From sequence record MH383160.1: a stretch of DNA of 64,000 nucleotides. One strand, 5' to 3'. Position numbers and translations under genes: made by a program. Below the pieces are notes generated by a model. The model was given only the letters and a program-made list of their open reading frames with translations, searched no databases and had not been told where the DNA came from. The first letter of the stretch is position 1. The number at the start of each line of letters is the position of its first letter. Below, one piece after another: positions 1 through 8,861 of this stretch.

Positions 1-4
1 ATAT

Positions 5-30
5 AAAAAATCCCTGCCAAAAGACAGGGA
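5..30 (-). terminator. Rho-independent terminator
   Basis: TCCCTG/CAGGGA stem followed by a T6 run on the minus strand. Confidence 0.7.
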
Positions 31-134
31 CGAAAAACTGAAATAACACATGGAGTTCTTTTTAATTTAATAAAAAGTATTATTATTCTTATAAAAGTAT
101 TTATTAAGAACTCCACAATATGTCTTCAAATGAA

Positions 135-323
135 TCAAAAACCTTTCTGAGCTACTAGTTCACGGTACTGTGCACGAGTTAGTACACCTTGTTTGCGTAG
201 AGCTTGTAGACCGGATAGGGTTTCACTCTTACGTTGTTCGTACATACGTTGTTCTTTAGATTGAATAACTTTCTCTTTCTTTACTTTTGCTACTGGTTCT
301 TTTTTCTTAGGTTGTTTAGCCAT
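135..323 (-). CDS. small basic hypothetical protein
   Basis: 62 aa, K/R rich, AGGAG RBS. Confidence 0.75.
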   Translation of the reverse strand: MAKQPKKKEPVAKVKKEKVIQSKEQRMYEQRKSETLSGLQALRKQGVLTRAQYRELVAQKGF

Positions 324-354
324 TTTATATCTCCTTCTGTATTATGATAACAAC

Positions 355-388
355 ATTATATCATGTATGGGACATTATGTCCCATACA
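355..388 (-). promoter_or_regulatory. extended -10 promoter overlapped by a perfect 11-bp inverted repeat
   Basis: GGGACA-N17-TATAAT with TG extension; TGTATGGGACA/TGTCCCATACA at 364-388. Confidence 0.6.
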
Positions 389-391
389 ATA

Positions 392-1831
392 TTACATATT
401 TTCTTCAGCAAATTCAGCTAGTGGTGAGCGAACAACACCTTCAAGTTCGATGACACGACAACCTGCCCAATCTTTAAACTTTTCAGTTACATATGTCAAA
501 CCACTGTTAACAGGACTAATAAACTTACTGTCAATCTGACTCAAGTTACCCATAATTACTACTTTACAGTTTAATCCTGCTCGTGTCAAGATTGTTTTGG
601 CTTGTGCAGGTGTAATGTTTTGGAATTCATCAACTACTAGAATAGTGTTGGTGAATGAACGTCCACGTACAAAGTTTAGTGCTTTAAATTGAATAACATT
701 ACGTTTCATAATCTCTTCAATACTACCTTGTGGGTTAGCATCATCTTTATGAAGAAACTCTAACGCGTCAATTGCGGCTCCACAGAATGGAATAACTTTT
801 TCTGCTTCTGAACCTGGCAAGAAACCAATATCTTCAAACTGTGAGTCTTGAGTTTTAGAGAAGATGATTCGGTCGTATTTACGTTTTTCCAGTACTAATT
901 CTAATGCAGTAGCAATCGTAATTAGTGTTTTACCAGTACCAGCAGAACCTAGCAGTACTGTTAGATGTACATCAGGATCGAGAATACTGTTGATGGCGAG
1001 TGCTTGTTGGATATTCTTTGCTTTAATATCCCATACTTTAGCACGTAAAGCTACTGATTGTCCAATATCTTGGAATACCAAAATATCTTCTGGTGTTAGT
1101 GTTCCATCATCTTCCTCAATTGCTGATTGACCTTCGTACACAAATAATACGTCTGCATCATCATATAGATAATCACCGATGCATAGATTTTGTGGAAGCA
1201 AATGTTCAATCAAGCTTTTAGAAATGTAATGATACAAACGACGACCAACTTGTTCGGATTGAATATTAGTATTGGTTAAGTTGCTATATACTTCCCAAAA
1301 ATTGATTTCCAAATGGTGTTGACCAATGTGAATCAAATCACTATCACCAATAACAATATCATGGCGATAATCTTGTACCTCGACACCATAACTTAGTGCT
1401 TTGATACGCATGTTGATATCACGAGTTACCAGTACTGATTCTGTTGCTAAAGCTACCAGAATGATTTTATCATCAGGTACTGTGCTTTTGAGAAGGGTTT
1501 GAACTTTCTCTTCTGAACCTTTAGTACGAATTAGTGCTTCAGCTTCTTCGTTTGTAATAACAAACAATTTGCTATCAGGATTCATATTGGTATGAACATC
1601 AGCAATATTAACACCAGTACTACTAATCTCATCATGTGATGCATCTGCAATAATTGCTTCAATGTTACGAATAGCAACACGAGCATCGCGTGAAACATCT
1701 ACATTACGACTCTTAATTGAATCCAATTCTTCCAGTACTGTAAATGGTAGAATGATTGCAGCACCATCAAAAGCAATAGATGCATTAGGGTCAGATAGTA
1801 GTACGTTTGTGTCAATTGTATATTTTTTCAT
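392..1831 (-). CDS. phoH: PIN domain-PhoH ATPase (PhoH2-type)
   Basis: N-terminal DTNVLL PIN motif; GSAGTGKT Walker A; RGRS and VVDEFQN PhoH motifs. Confidence 0.92.
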   Translation of the reverse strand: MKKYTIDTNVLLSDPNASIAFDGAAIILPFTVLEELDSIKSRNVDVSRDARVAIRNIEAIIADASHDEISSTGVNIADVHTNMNPDSKLFVITNEEAEALIRTKGSEEKVQTLLKSTVPDDKIILVALATESVLVTRDINMRIKALSYGVEVQDYRHDIVIGDSDLIHIGQHHLEINFWEVYSNLTNTNIQSEQVGRRLYHYISKSLIEHLLPQNLCIGDYLYDDADVLFVYEGQSAIEEDDGTLTPEDILVFQDIGQSVALRAKVWDIKAKNIQQALAINSILDPDVHLTVLLGSAGTGKTLITIATALELVLEKRKYDRIIFSKTQDSQFEDIGFLPGSEAEKVIPFCGAAIDALEFLHKDDANPQGSIEEIMKRNVIQFKALNFVRGRSFTNTILVVDEFQNITPAQAKTILTRAGLNCKVVIMGNLSQIDSKFISPVNSGLTYVTEKFKDWAGCRVIELEGVVRSPLAEFAEENM

Positions 1832-1891
1832 AAAACATCCTTGAGTTATGAGTACATCCTTGTACTCGACTAATGTTATTGACTCGGATTA

Positions 1892-2194
1892 TTACATATT
1901 TGGTTCGTATTCAACATAGCAACGTGAACCTCGAACCTTTTCTTCCCAGCACTCCTGGTAAACAAGTTGACCAATTGAAACTGGTTCTCTTGATAGTCCA
2001 TTACGTACTTCACCACTTTGGGTTTTATACATAAATGAACATTTGGACTCGCTACATTGTCCTAAACTAACAACTTCTGCGGTATTGTAGTGAATGTTGG
2101 TACGCTTAGTGTTCTCGTGATACTGTCCGAACCAAAGAACTCCTGCACCTAACAGAACAGTACAAATAAGACTTTTGATGTGTGTTTGAATCAT
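1892..2194 (-). CDS. membrane-anchored hypothetical protein
   Basis: N-terminal hydrophobic helix; 4-bp overlap with neighbour. Confidence 0.7.
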   Translation of the reverse strand: MIQTHIKSLICTVLLGAGVLWFGQYHENTKRTNIHYNTAEVVSLGQCSESKCSFMYKTQSGEVRNGLSREPVSIGQLVYQECWEEKVRGSRCYVEYEPNM

Positions 2195-2511
2195 AATGAG
2201 TTAAATCCATTGTTTAAGTATGTTTCAATATTAATTTTACCAACAGGATTACTACTGTGAACAAAGTACTCAAACGGTTCTTTAATATTATTATCAAACA
2301 TATAATCAATAAGAAACTTAGCAAAAGAATATCCAGTCTTTTCGTCTTCGCTCACATCACCCAAGTCATGGTCGAATGATACAAATGCTGGAATTCCATT
2401 TTCAATAACATATTCACATGCACTTTTAAAGTCACGACATACCACCATATCTTGGTTTGGATAATATAGATTTGCATCACGAATATCATCCAAAAACATT
2501 GAGTAAGACAT
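2191..2511 (-). CDS. cyclic-phosphate-processing receiver (cREC-like) domain protein
   Basis: FLDDIR, SFDHDLG, TGY and HSSNPVG motifs. Confidence 0.8.
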   Translation of the reverse strand: MSYSMFLDDIRDANLYYPNQDMVVCRDFKSACEYVIENGIPAFVSFDHDLGDVSEDEKTGYSFAKFLIDYMFDNNIKEPFEYFVHSSNPVGKINIETYLNNGFNSL

Positions 2512-2520
2512 GTTAAACTC

Positions 2521-3072
2521 CTATAGATAACTAATTAGTAAGTTTTCTTTTTGAACCAGATACTCCAATTCTTGTTTTGCTGTACCGATGAAGTTCTGTG
2601 TCATAAGATTATTATATCCCGCTTCTCGATTTTGTCCCTTAGAATAACGAGAAATATGACATAAATTTACACCAGCAACTTCTGCACTTGCATGTTTAGC
2701 ATTAGTGTATCCATCTCTAATGTGTTTCAACTCGTCATAGCTCACTTCATAGCTAAAACTATGACTGTTTGCACCTGGGTAAATTTCAAAAGTTTTGAGT
2801 GGTCGAAGATGGGAAACAAAAATATTGTAATCCATTTCTTCTTGAACTTCACGACGCAACGCATCTTCTAGTGAGATATCAGTACTTTCTACGGTTCCAC
2901 CACATCCACCAAGAAGACCATCCCATCGTAATTGCAGTAATACTAAATTTACTTCTGGTATATCATTCAACTCATAGTTTTTGTAAGGGTTGCATTTTCT
3001 TGCAAAGAAATAACAAAATACAAAATTTGCACGTGTGCCATATTCACCAAAGGGAACTTCTTTAACACTCAT
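2521..3072 (-). CDS. NUDT16-like Nudix hydrolase
   Basis: LRWDGLLGGCGG...LEDALRREVQEE Nudix box; NFIGTAKQEL resembles the NUDT16 C-terminus. Confidence 0.8.
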   Translation of the reverse strand: MSVKEVPFGEYGTRANFVFCYFFARKCNPYKNYELNDIPEVNLVLLQLRWDGLLGGCGGTVESTDISLEDALRREVQEEMDYNIFVSHLRPLKTFEIYPGANSHSFSYEVSYDELKHIRDGYTNAKHASAEVAGVNLCHISRYSKGQNREAGYNNLMTQNFIGTAKQELEYLVQKENLLISYL

Positions 3073-3827
3073 TTCATACGTTCCTTAATTATAGTCTCTA
3101 GATGCGGTATTGCTTTGGTTGCTGGCTTGATAACTTTTTCATTAAACAAAAAATCATTATCATTTTTACGAATGTTAACATTAACACTATAACATGGTAA
3201 TGCTGCTGCTAATCTCGACCATACCAGTACTGTATCGCTACTACCAATTACAATAACTGTATCATTTTCATTAAGAGATTTCAACACATTATTTCGTTCT
3301 TCGTAAATTGGTAAGCGAATACCATCAACATAACGATGATATTCTCCAATCATTACTACATTTGGTTTGGCAAAAACATCATGTTTTGGTATGTATGGTT
3401 CGTATCCGCAGTTAATAACATTATAATCATCGGAATTGATACTATAATTTTCAATAACTTCGCACAAGTTTCCATGAAGTTTAAGCTCATGACCACCAAT
3501 ACGAGTATAAAGATCGTCCATGTTAGAAGTCATATGAAGGAAGCAATCACCATATTGATCTTCTAACGATTTTATAAAATAATGCATTGCATTGGGTTTG
3601 CATTGACCCAATTTTACACGTAATGTATTATAGAAGGAATGAACAACGTGATATTTCGTAGTTAAACTAGCAATGTTACATACATCATTAATTTTAAATG
3701 TATCCCACAAACCATCATCAAATCGAAAAGGTTCCATACCACTTTCAACAGAAAGTCCTGCACCTGATATAATCAGTAATCGCTTTTTACCTTCATTGCT
3801 TATAAATTTTTCTGATATCATATTCAA
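3069..3827 (-). CDS. Sir2/CobB-family NAD-dependent deacylase
   Basis: GAGLSVESG, SNMDDL, HG, KPNVV and GSS motifs. Confidence 0.88.
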   Translation of the reverse strand: MNMISEKFISNEGKKRLLIISGAGLSVESGMEPFRFDDGLWDTFKINDVCNIASLTTKYHVVHSFYNTLRVKLGQCKPNAMHYFIKSLEDQYGDCFLHMTSNMDDLYTRIGGHELKLHGNLCEVIENYSINSDDYNVINCGYEPYIPKHDVFAKPNVVMIGEYHRYVDGIRLPIYEERNNVLKSLNENDTVIVIGSSDTVLVWSRLAAALPCYSVNVNIRKNDNDFLFNEKVIKPATKAIPHLETIIKERMK

Positions 3828-3830
3828 TCC

Positions 3831-4025
3831 TTATAAAAAAACAATTAAATATATTGATAATAACAGAATGATTCCAATATGATAGGCATACATAAAATTA
3901 TTATCTTTGTGATAACCATTGGATTTCAAGTCCCTATATAAGCATTTAGCATTGTTATAAATTACAACAATAGAAAAAACTATAAAAAAACTCAAAACCC
4001 ATTCATAAATTGTGTATGCCATCAT
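3831..4025 (-). CDS. small membrane protein
   Basis: two hydrophobic segments. Confidence 0.6.
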   Translation of the reverse strand: MMAYTIYEWVLSFFIVFSIVVIYNNAKCLYRDLKSNGYHKDNNFMYAYHIGIILLLSIYLIVFL

Positions 4026-4052
4026 CTATTCTCTCTTATAATATTAGTACTT

Positions 4053-4646
4053 TTAATATTTTAAAACATCAAACTCTTCGCTTACGNNNNNNNNNNNNNN
4101 NNNNNNNNNNNNNNNNNNNNNNNNNNNNNNNNNNNNNNNNNNNNNNNNNNNNNNNNNNNNNNNNNNNNNNNNNNNNNNNNNNNNNNNNNNNNNNNNNNNN
4201 NNNNNNNNNNNNNNNNNNNNNNNNNNNNNNNNNNNNNNNNNNNNNNNNNNNNNNNNNNNNNNNNNNNNGATTGTATGATTGTGGAGAATGATAAATTGTC
4301 CACCACCTACATCTTGTGATGCATCTCGTGCACCCCATTCTTCTTTAAACATTTGACGAATAATTGGAATAACTTTAAGAACCAAATATTGTGAAAATGT
4401 TTGACTAGCATCTTGTTCAGGTAAATTAAGGTTATAATTTAACAACTGACCCATACGAAATGATGTAGTATAACCCAATGCCATTACTTCTTTAGTTCTA
4501 GTTAGTCCATCATCATGTAACTTGATAAATTCTTTCTCGAATACCTTTGGCTCAGTTTGAACAGTTTTTGTAAATCCATTGCTTCCTAACTTATCCCCAG
4601 CAATAAAAGAACTTACTCCGTCAGTGTGTGCAATAATACAGGTCAT
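4053..4646 (-). CDS. HslV/proteasome-beta-like Ntn peptidase (interrupted by an N gap)
   Basis: likely start MTCIIA..GD exposes an N-terminal Thr; ATGA overlap with the upstream gene supports this start. Confidence 0.65.
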   Translation of the reverse strand: MTCIIAHTDGVSSFIAGDKLGSNGFTKTVQTEPKVFEKEFIKLHDDGLTRTKEVMALGYTTSFRMGQLLNYNLNLPEQDASQTFSQYLVLKVIPIIRQMFKEEWGARDASQDVGGGQFIILHNHTIXXXXXXXXXXXXXXXXXXXXXXXXXXXXXXXXXXXXXXXXXXXXXXXXXXXXXXXXXXXXXVSEEFDVLKY

Positions 4647-4903
4647 AAAATAGCTCCAATTGCAAATAATGTTGTGTATAAGATATAAATTAGTGCTCCT
4701 AACAACATTAGGCACACCAAGTATGAAGTTGATAGTACATAATAAATTATTGCTTCGAATTTTGAATTGAACTTCATTGTAGTTGGATCAATAAAGCCAT
4801 TACGATAATCTTTGTAAATGAAAACTGTTAGAAAAAGTACTGTAGCATACATTACTACAGTAGCATAAAAAATAATAGATGTCAAGTTTTGGATGTTTGT
4901 CAT
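4643..4903 (-). CDS. small membrane protein
   Basis: two TM-like segments. Confidence 0.65.
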   Translation of the reverse strand: MTNIQNLTSIIFYATVVMYATVLFLTVFIYKDYRNGFIDPTTMKFNSKFEAIIYYVLSTSYLVCLMLLGALIYILYTTLFAIGAIL

Positions 4904-4973
4904 AGTTATATAATCTCAATATAATTAATAACAAAGGAAGTACATCATAATCATCCTGTTATTTTAATTATTT

Positions 4974-5597
4974 TTATTGTTTGACTGAACCGTAAAAAAC
5001 CAGTTCTGGTTTTGTTAATATTACAACATCTTCACCACGAGAACGACTAACTCTAAATAGAACTTCTGGTGGGATTCCATTTGCTGCATATAGTGAAAAA
5101 AGGAAACCTACCTTTGTTGCCATTTCTTCGGTAAAAGTTGATAGCTGTCTTACAGACACAAATGAATTATCACCATCAGTAACATTACTTTTAATCGAAA
5201 TGTTATGAAGACCCAGTACTGAGCGATTTGTCATATATCGCTTTTCGGGAGATACACTAAAGAATACCACAGTACATGCTGAGTTGCAATACCTAGAAAC
5301 AATTAAATTTATACCATTGTCTCTAACGAAGTTTGCCATTTTAATCCCAGCATCAAAATCACCACCAGGAGATGTAATTGTGATGGTATCATAGTGTTCT
5401 TTATCATACAACTCTATCATACGCTTGAGTGACCCATCTGTAATATCTGATATGAAATATACATTTCGGGTTTCAGGATTATACTTTATCACATTTTTAC
5501 TTTCAATACCAGCACTAGCTGGAAAATTTATTAACAATAGAAACATTGCTGCTTGTACCACTTCAAGCCATAGTCTTTTCATATAACAAGTCCTCAA
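4974..5597 (-). CDS. exported ClpP/crotonase-fold peptidase-like protein
   Basis: signal peptide-like N-terminus; ITSPGG, CNSAC and LGLH motifs. Confidence 0.7.
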   Translation of the reverse strand: MRTCYMKRLWLEVVQAAMFLLLINFPASAGIESKNVIKYNPETRNVYFISDITDGSLKRMIELYDKEHYDTITITSPGGDFDAGIKMANFVRDNGINLIVSRYCNSACTVVFFSVSPEKRYMTNRSVLGLHNISIKSNVTDGDNSFVSVRQLSTFTEEMATKVGFLFSLYAANGIPPEVLFRVSRSRGEDVVILTKPELVFYGSVKQ

Positions 5598-5617
5598 TTT
5601 TGTTTAGGAAGATATAA

Positions 5618-5646
5618 ATAATATAGTACTTAAACACTTAAGTCAA
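5618..5646 (-). promoter_or_regulatory. sigma70-type promoter
   Basis: TTGACT-N17-TATTAT. Confidence 0.6.
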
Positions 5647-5708
5647 ACTTTTTCTGTACTTAACTCAAATTTTTAAAAATAAAACTTAAGGTGTACAGTT
5701 TATAACAG

Positions 5709-5737
5709 ATCATATCATACCACTGATGTTTTGTCAA
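5709..5737 (-). promoter_or_regulatory. sigma70-type promoter
   Basis: TTGACA-N17-TATGAT with TG extension. Confidence 0.75.
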
Positions 5738-5808
5738 CTAGTTCATGGTGCATCTGATGTAAAAAAACAAATATATTTCATACTTATATTTAAAAAAGGA
5801 AATAAAAT

Positions 5809-6186
5809 ATGAAAGCTATCGCAGCACAAGGTAAACTACCATTCAATATCGGCGGGTTTTGTGTAACCGCAGCTAATATAAACGGTGAATTGAAATATAA
5901 CTTGAACATCTTTAATCAACGTTCTAGTTGTGTTTACGATCTCATTGATACTGATTTTAATGTTTATCGTTTTGTAACTATCACTAGTTATGATAAAGAT
6001 AAAATTAGATTAGATGCATCTAAAACAGCATTGGAAATTGCACCAACTCTAGCCAAAAACACTTTTTGTATTAAGATTGACGATAGTGCATTTGCCGAAT
6101 CATTCCAGTTTCATAAAATTAAATTGAGTACTGGTGCGATGAAATATCACCCTTGGGATTTGTATTATTGTAACCTCCCTGGTTAA
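5809..6186 (+). CDS. hypothetical protein (only convincing plus-strand gene)
   Basis: 125 aa ORF filling a gap between minus-strand genes; AAGGA RBS. Confidence 0.8.
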   Translation: MKAIAAQGKLPFNIGGFCVTAANINGELKYNLNIFNQRSSCVYDLIDTDFNVYRFVTITSYDKDKIRLDASKTALEIAPTLAKNTFCIKIDDSAFAESFQFHKIKLSTGAMKYHPWDLYYCNLPG

Positions 6187-6473
6187 CAAAAAAGGAGCCA
6201 TACNNNNNNNNNNNNNNNNNNNNNNNNNNNNNNNNNNNNNNNNNNNNNNNNNNNNNNNNNNNNNNNNNNNNNNNNNNNNNNNNNTCCAAATCTACTTGTT
6301 ACCCTTTTCTCACTACGGTGTATACAGTTTACAATATAGTACTTATTATTTTGTGCAGAAAAACGAACTTCATAATTTCGAAAAGAAGTATTAGGTTCAT
6401 CCATAGCAACTATATATAACATAAAAATAAAAAACACTGTTATTAGAAAAGCAATAATAATTATTACTGTCAT
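6183..6473 (-). CDS. membrane-anchored hypothetical protein (gap)
   Basis: N-terminal TM helix; N run inside. Confidence 0.55.
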   Translation of the reverse strand: MTVIIIIAFLITVFFIFMLYIVAMDEPNTSFRNYEVRFSAQNNKYYIVNCIHRSEKRVTSRFGXXXXXXXXXXXXXXXXXXXXXXXXXXXVWLLFC

Positions 6474-6961
6474 TTATCAAGACCCTTATCATAAATGCAA
6501 TTAACAATAATTNNNNNNNNNNNNNNNNNNNNNNNNNNNNNNNNNNNNNNNNNNNNNNNNNNNNNNNNNNNNNNNNNNNNNNNNNNNNNNNNNNNNNNNN
6601 NNNNNNNNNNNNNNNNNNNNNNNNNNNNNNNNNNNNNNNNNNNNNNNNNNNNNNNNNNNNNNNNNNNNNNNNNNNNNNNNNNNNNNNNNNNNNNNNNNNN
6701 NNNNNNNNNAATATTACTCCACTCATGATGTTCATGCTTTGCTTCATCACTAACCCAGTCTTGAAAACGTCCATCATTGACTAAGTGTTGATTCACATCA
6801 CAACAATTTGGTTGTTTTGATGGAGTACCATTGTATCCAGTACTCAATACTCGATTATTTTTGACAATAACACAACCAACTTTTTGTGAAATACATTTAC
6901 TTTCCTCAGCAACTACTTCTGCTATCTTCAACCAAGTCGTATGTTTCATTATAAGCTCCAA
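6470..6961 (-). CDS. cd: dCMP deaminase (gap over the catalytic HAE region)
   Basis: SKCISQKVGCVIVK...STGYNGTP...CCD. Confidence 0.88.
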   Translation of the reverse strand: MELIMKHTTWLKIAEVVAEESKCISQKVGCVIVKNNRVLSTGYNGTPSKQPNCCDVNQHLVNDGRFQDWVSDEAKHEHHEWSNIXXXXXXXXXXXXXXXXXXXXXXXXXXXXXXXXXXXXXXXXXXXXXXXXXXXXXXXXXXXXXXXXXXIIVNCIYDKGLDK

Positions 6962-7430
6962 TACTTAACAATGCGTTTTTACACAAATCATGAATTTTCA
7001 TAACTCGAATATAGTTTAACACATCTGTTTCATTAATTTCAAATGGTTTATCTGCATATGTAGACCACGTTTGATTTAATTCAATAACAAATGTAATTTT
7101 ATCTGTATCCATAATATTATCACAAAATCTACGAAAATCTTGCTCTTCATCGGAAAGTCTGAAATTTAAATCATTTTTTAAACCATTAACTGTGAAGCAA
7201 ATACCAGTACTGTAACCGATGCAAATATCTTCAATATCATATAATCCATAAATTAATTTAGAGATAAACGTGCTATATTTGTTTCTATGATAATAGTTTA
7301 ATATTTCTTGTTTAATATTAATTTCAATATCAGTAGTTTTTTGTAATGTAAGTTTAATTAATTCTAATGTCTTGATTATGTTATCTAACCAGATATTAGT
7401 ATCATCTATACTTAGGTGTGTGTATTTCAT
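6906..7430 (-). CDS. hypothetical protein
   Basis: 174 aa; KPFEINE resembles KPYVLDE in the neighbouring ORF. Confidence 0.7.
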   Translation of the reverse strand: MKYTHLSIDDTNIWLDNIIKTLELIKLTLQKTTDIEINIKQEILNYYHRNKYSTFISKLIYGLYDIEDICIGYSTGICFTVNGLKNDLNFRLSDEEQDFRRFCDNIMDTDKITFVIELNQTWSTYADKPFEINETDVLNYIRVMKIHDLCKNALLSIGAYNETYDLVEDSRSSC

Positions 7431-7956
7431 TATGTCCCTCTAGATTCCAATCATCAACGAGTTTAGAACAAACTTCCATATGATTATAGTACTTTTCATC
7501 CAATACATACGGTTTATTATGATNNNNNNNNNNNNNNNNNNNNNNNNNNNNATTTCTATATATGAATGACATATTTTTATGCATTAATTCTATAGTTTTC
7601 CAAATTTTCTCAATATCATATAGAATTGTTTCTAATGACAAACCTGTTAACTTGGAAATTCTTTCAACTTTAAACCCTGATAACATCATAGTACTATTGT
7701 GTTTAGTTAAGTAACTATATCCAATAGAACTATGTATTAACTCAATACTATCAGTATATGTGATTGTTTTTAGAAATGATTTTATATTTCTATTTAACCA
7801 ATACCACTTTTTGTTTTTATTATAACATCTATACCATTTCTTCAATATATCAATTGCTTCAGAATTAATTTTTAAANNNNNNNNNNNNNNNNNNNNNNNA
7901 TGATGGTAAAAAATATCACTTTGTTCTTCAGTTAAATTATATTGCTGCATATTCAC
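7402..7956 (-). CDS. hypothetical protein (gaps)
   Basis: 184 aa ORF, probable paralog of 6906-7430. Confidence 0.65.
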   Translation of the reverse strand: MNMQQYNLTEEQSDIFYHHXXXXXXXXLKINSEAIDILKKWYRCYNKNKKWYWLNRNIKSFLKTITYTDSIELIHSSIGYSYLTKHNSTMMLSGFKVERISKLTGLSLETILYDIEKIWKTIELMHKNMSFIYRNXXXXXXXXXXHNKPYVLDEKYYNHMEVCSKLVDDWNLEGHNEIHTPKYR

Positions 7957-8035
7957 CTACCCTAGTAACAATGATTCCTTGGGTATTTAGCTCATATAGA
8001 TCAAAATATGATCAATGGAAATTGATATACAGCAA

Positions 8036-8068
8036 TAAAAATAGGAATCCATGATAGGATTCCTTTTC
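8036..8068 (-). terminator. Rho-independent terminator
   Basis: AGGAATCC/GGATTCCT stem flanked by A and T runs. Confidence 0.7.
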
Positions 8069-8074
8069 ACGATA

Positions 8075-8521
8075 TTATTTTTGATATGGGGTGTACTGAT
8101 ATTTTTCACAATCAGCGACAGTTAGAACACCTTCATCATAACCATATTGAAGTACAAGGNNNNNNNNNNNNNNNNNNNNNNNAACAACATCTTTATAACG
8201 AACAATCTTATGAGATTGATTCTCAACTGCTTTCATAATCCCCATTAGCAACCAGCGACCTTCATCGGTGTGTAATTTAGCAAAGCGTGGACGCTTTGTC
8301 GCTGCCATAATATCAGTCCATTCAGCTTTAAAAATGTGTGGACGTTTTGGAATATCATATAGTGTAGTAGGAAAAGTTACATTATTTTTCTTCATTGCTT
8401 CTGCTTGTGCTGCACGATAGCCCTGACGATATAATGGATGCTGCATTTTTAGCTGTTCAGCACTTAGAACTACTTTTGCTTTGTATGCGTCATAACCATC
8501 TTTATATTGTGCATTGGACAT
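8075..8521 (-). CDS. hypothetical protein
   Basis: 148 aa ORF. Confidence 0.7.
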   Translation of the reverse strand: MSNAQYKDGYDAYKAKVVLSAEQLKMQHPLYRQGYRAAQAEAMKKNNVTFPTTLYDIPKRPHIFKAEWTDIMAATKRPRFAKLHTDEGRWLLMGIMKAVENQSHKIVRYKDVVXXXXXXXXLVLQYGYDEGVLTVADCEKYQYTPYQK

Positions 8522-8522
8522 A

Positions 8523-8840
8523 TTATTCTTTTACCTCATCAGTTTGAATGTATTTTTTGTCAGAGAATGTACCGTGTTCTTTACGCACAGCTTCTGCATG
8601 TTGAACCGCATCAACNNNNNNNNNNNNNNNNNNNNNTAGTACTTCCTTCATTAATTCAAGTACAATTGCAAAACCATTCAGCACACGCTCAGATTCATCT
8701 ACATTTTTTAATTCAAGTGCTACTGCACTAATTTGATCGAACGCAACATTAATAAAATCGGAATCTTCTAATACATTTGCTACTTCCGTATTATTACGTA
8801 CTAGTACTTTCATATAATCTCCACAAAGATGATGCCCCAT
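8523..8840 (-). CDS. hypothetical protein
   Basis: ORF in operon context; true start may be the internal MKV. Confidence 0.65.
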   Translation of the reverse strand: MGHHLCGDYMKVLVRNNTEVANVLEDSDFINVAFDQISAVALELKNVDESERVLNGFAIVLELMKEVLXXXXXXXVDAVQHAEAVRKEHGTFSDKKYIQTDEVKE

Positions 8841-8861
8841 ATTGAGGCATCAAAATCTATC

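Noticed and set aside
4087-8636. Runs of N within several genes
   Set aside because: These are sequence gaps, not biological features. ORFs made mostly of X are not informative.
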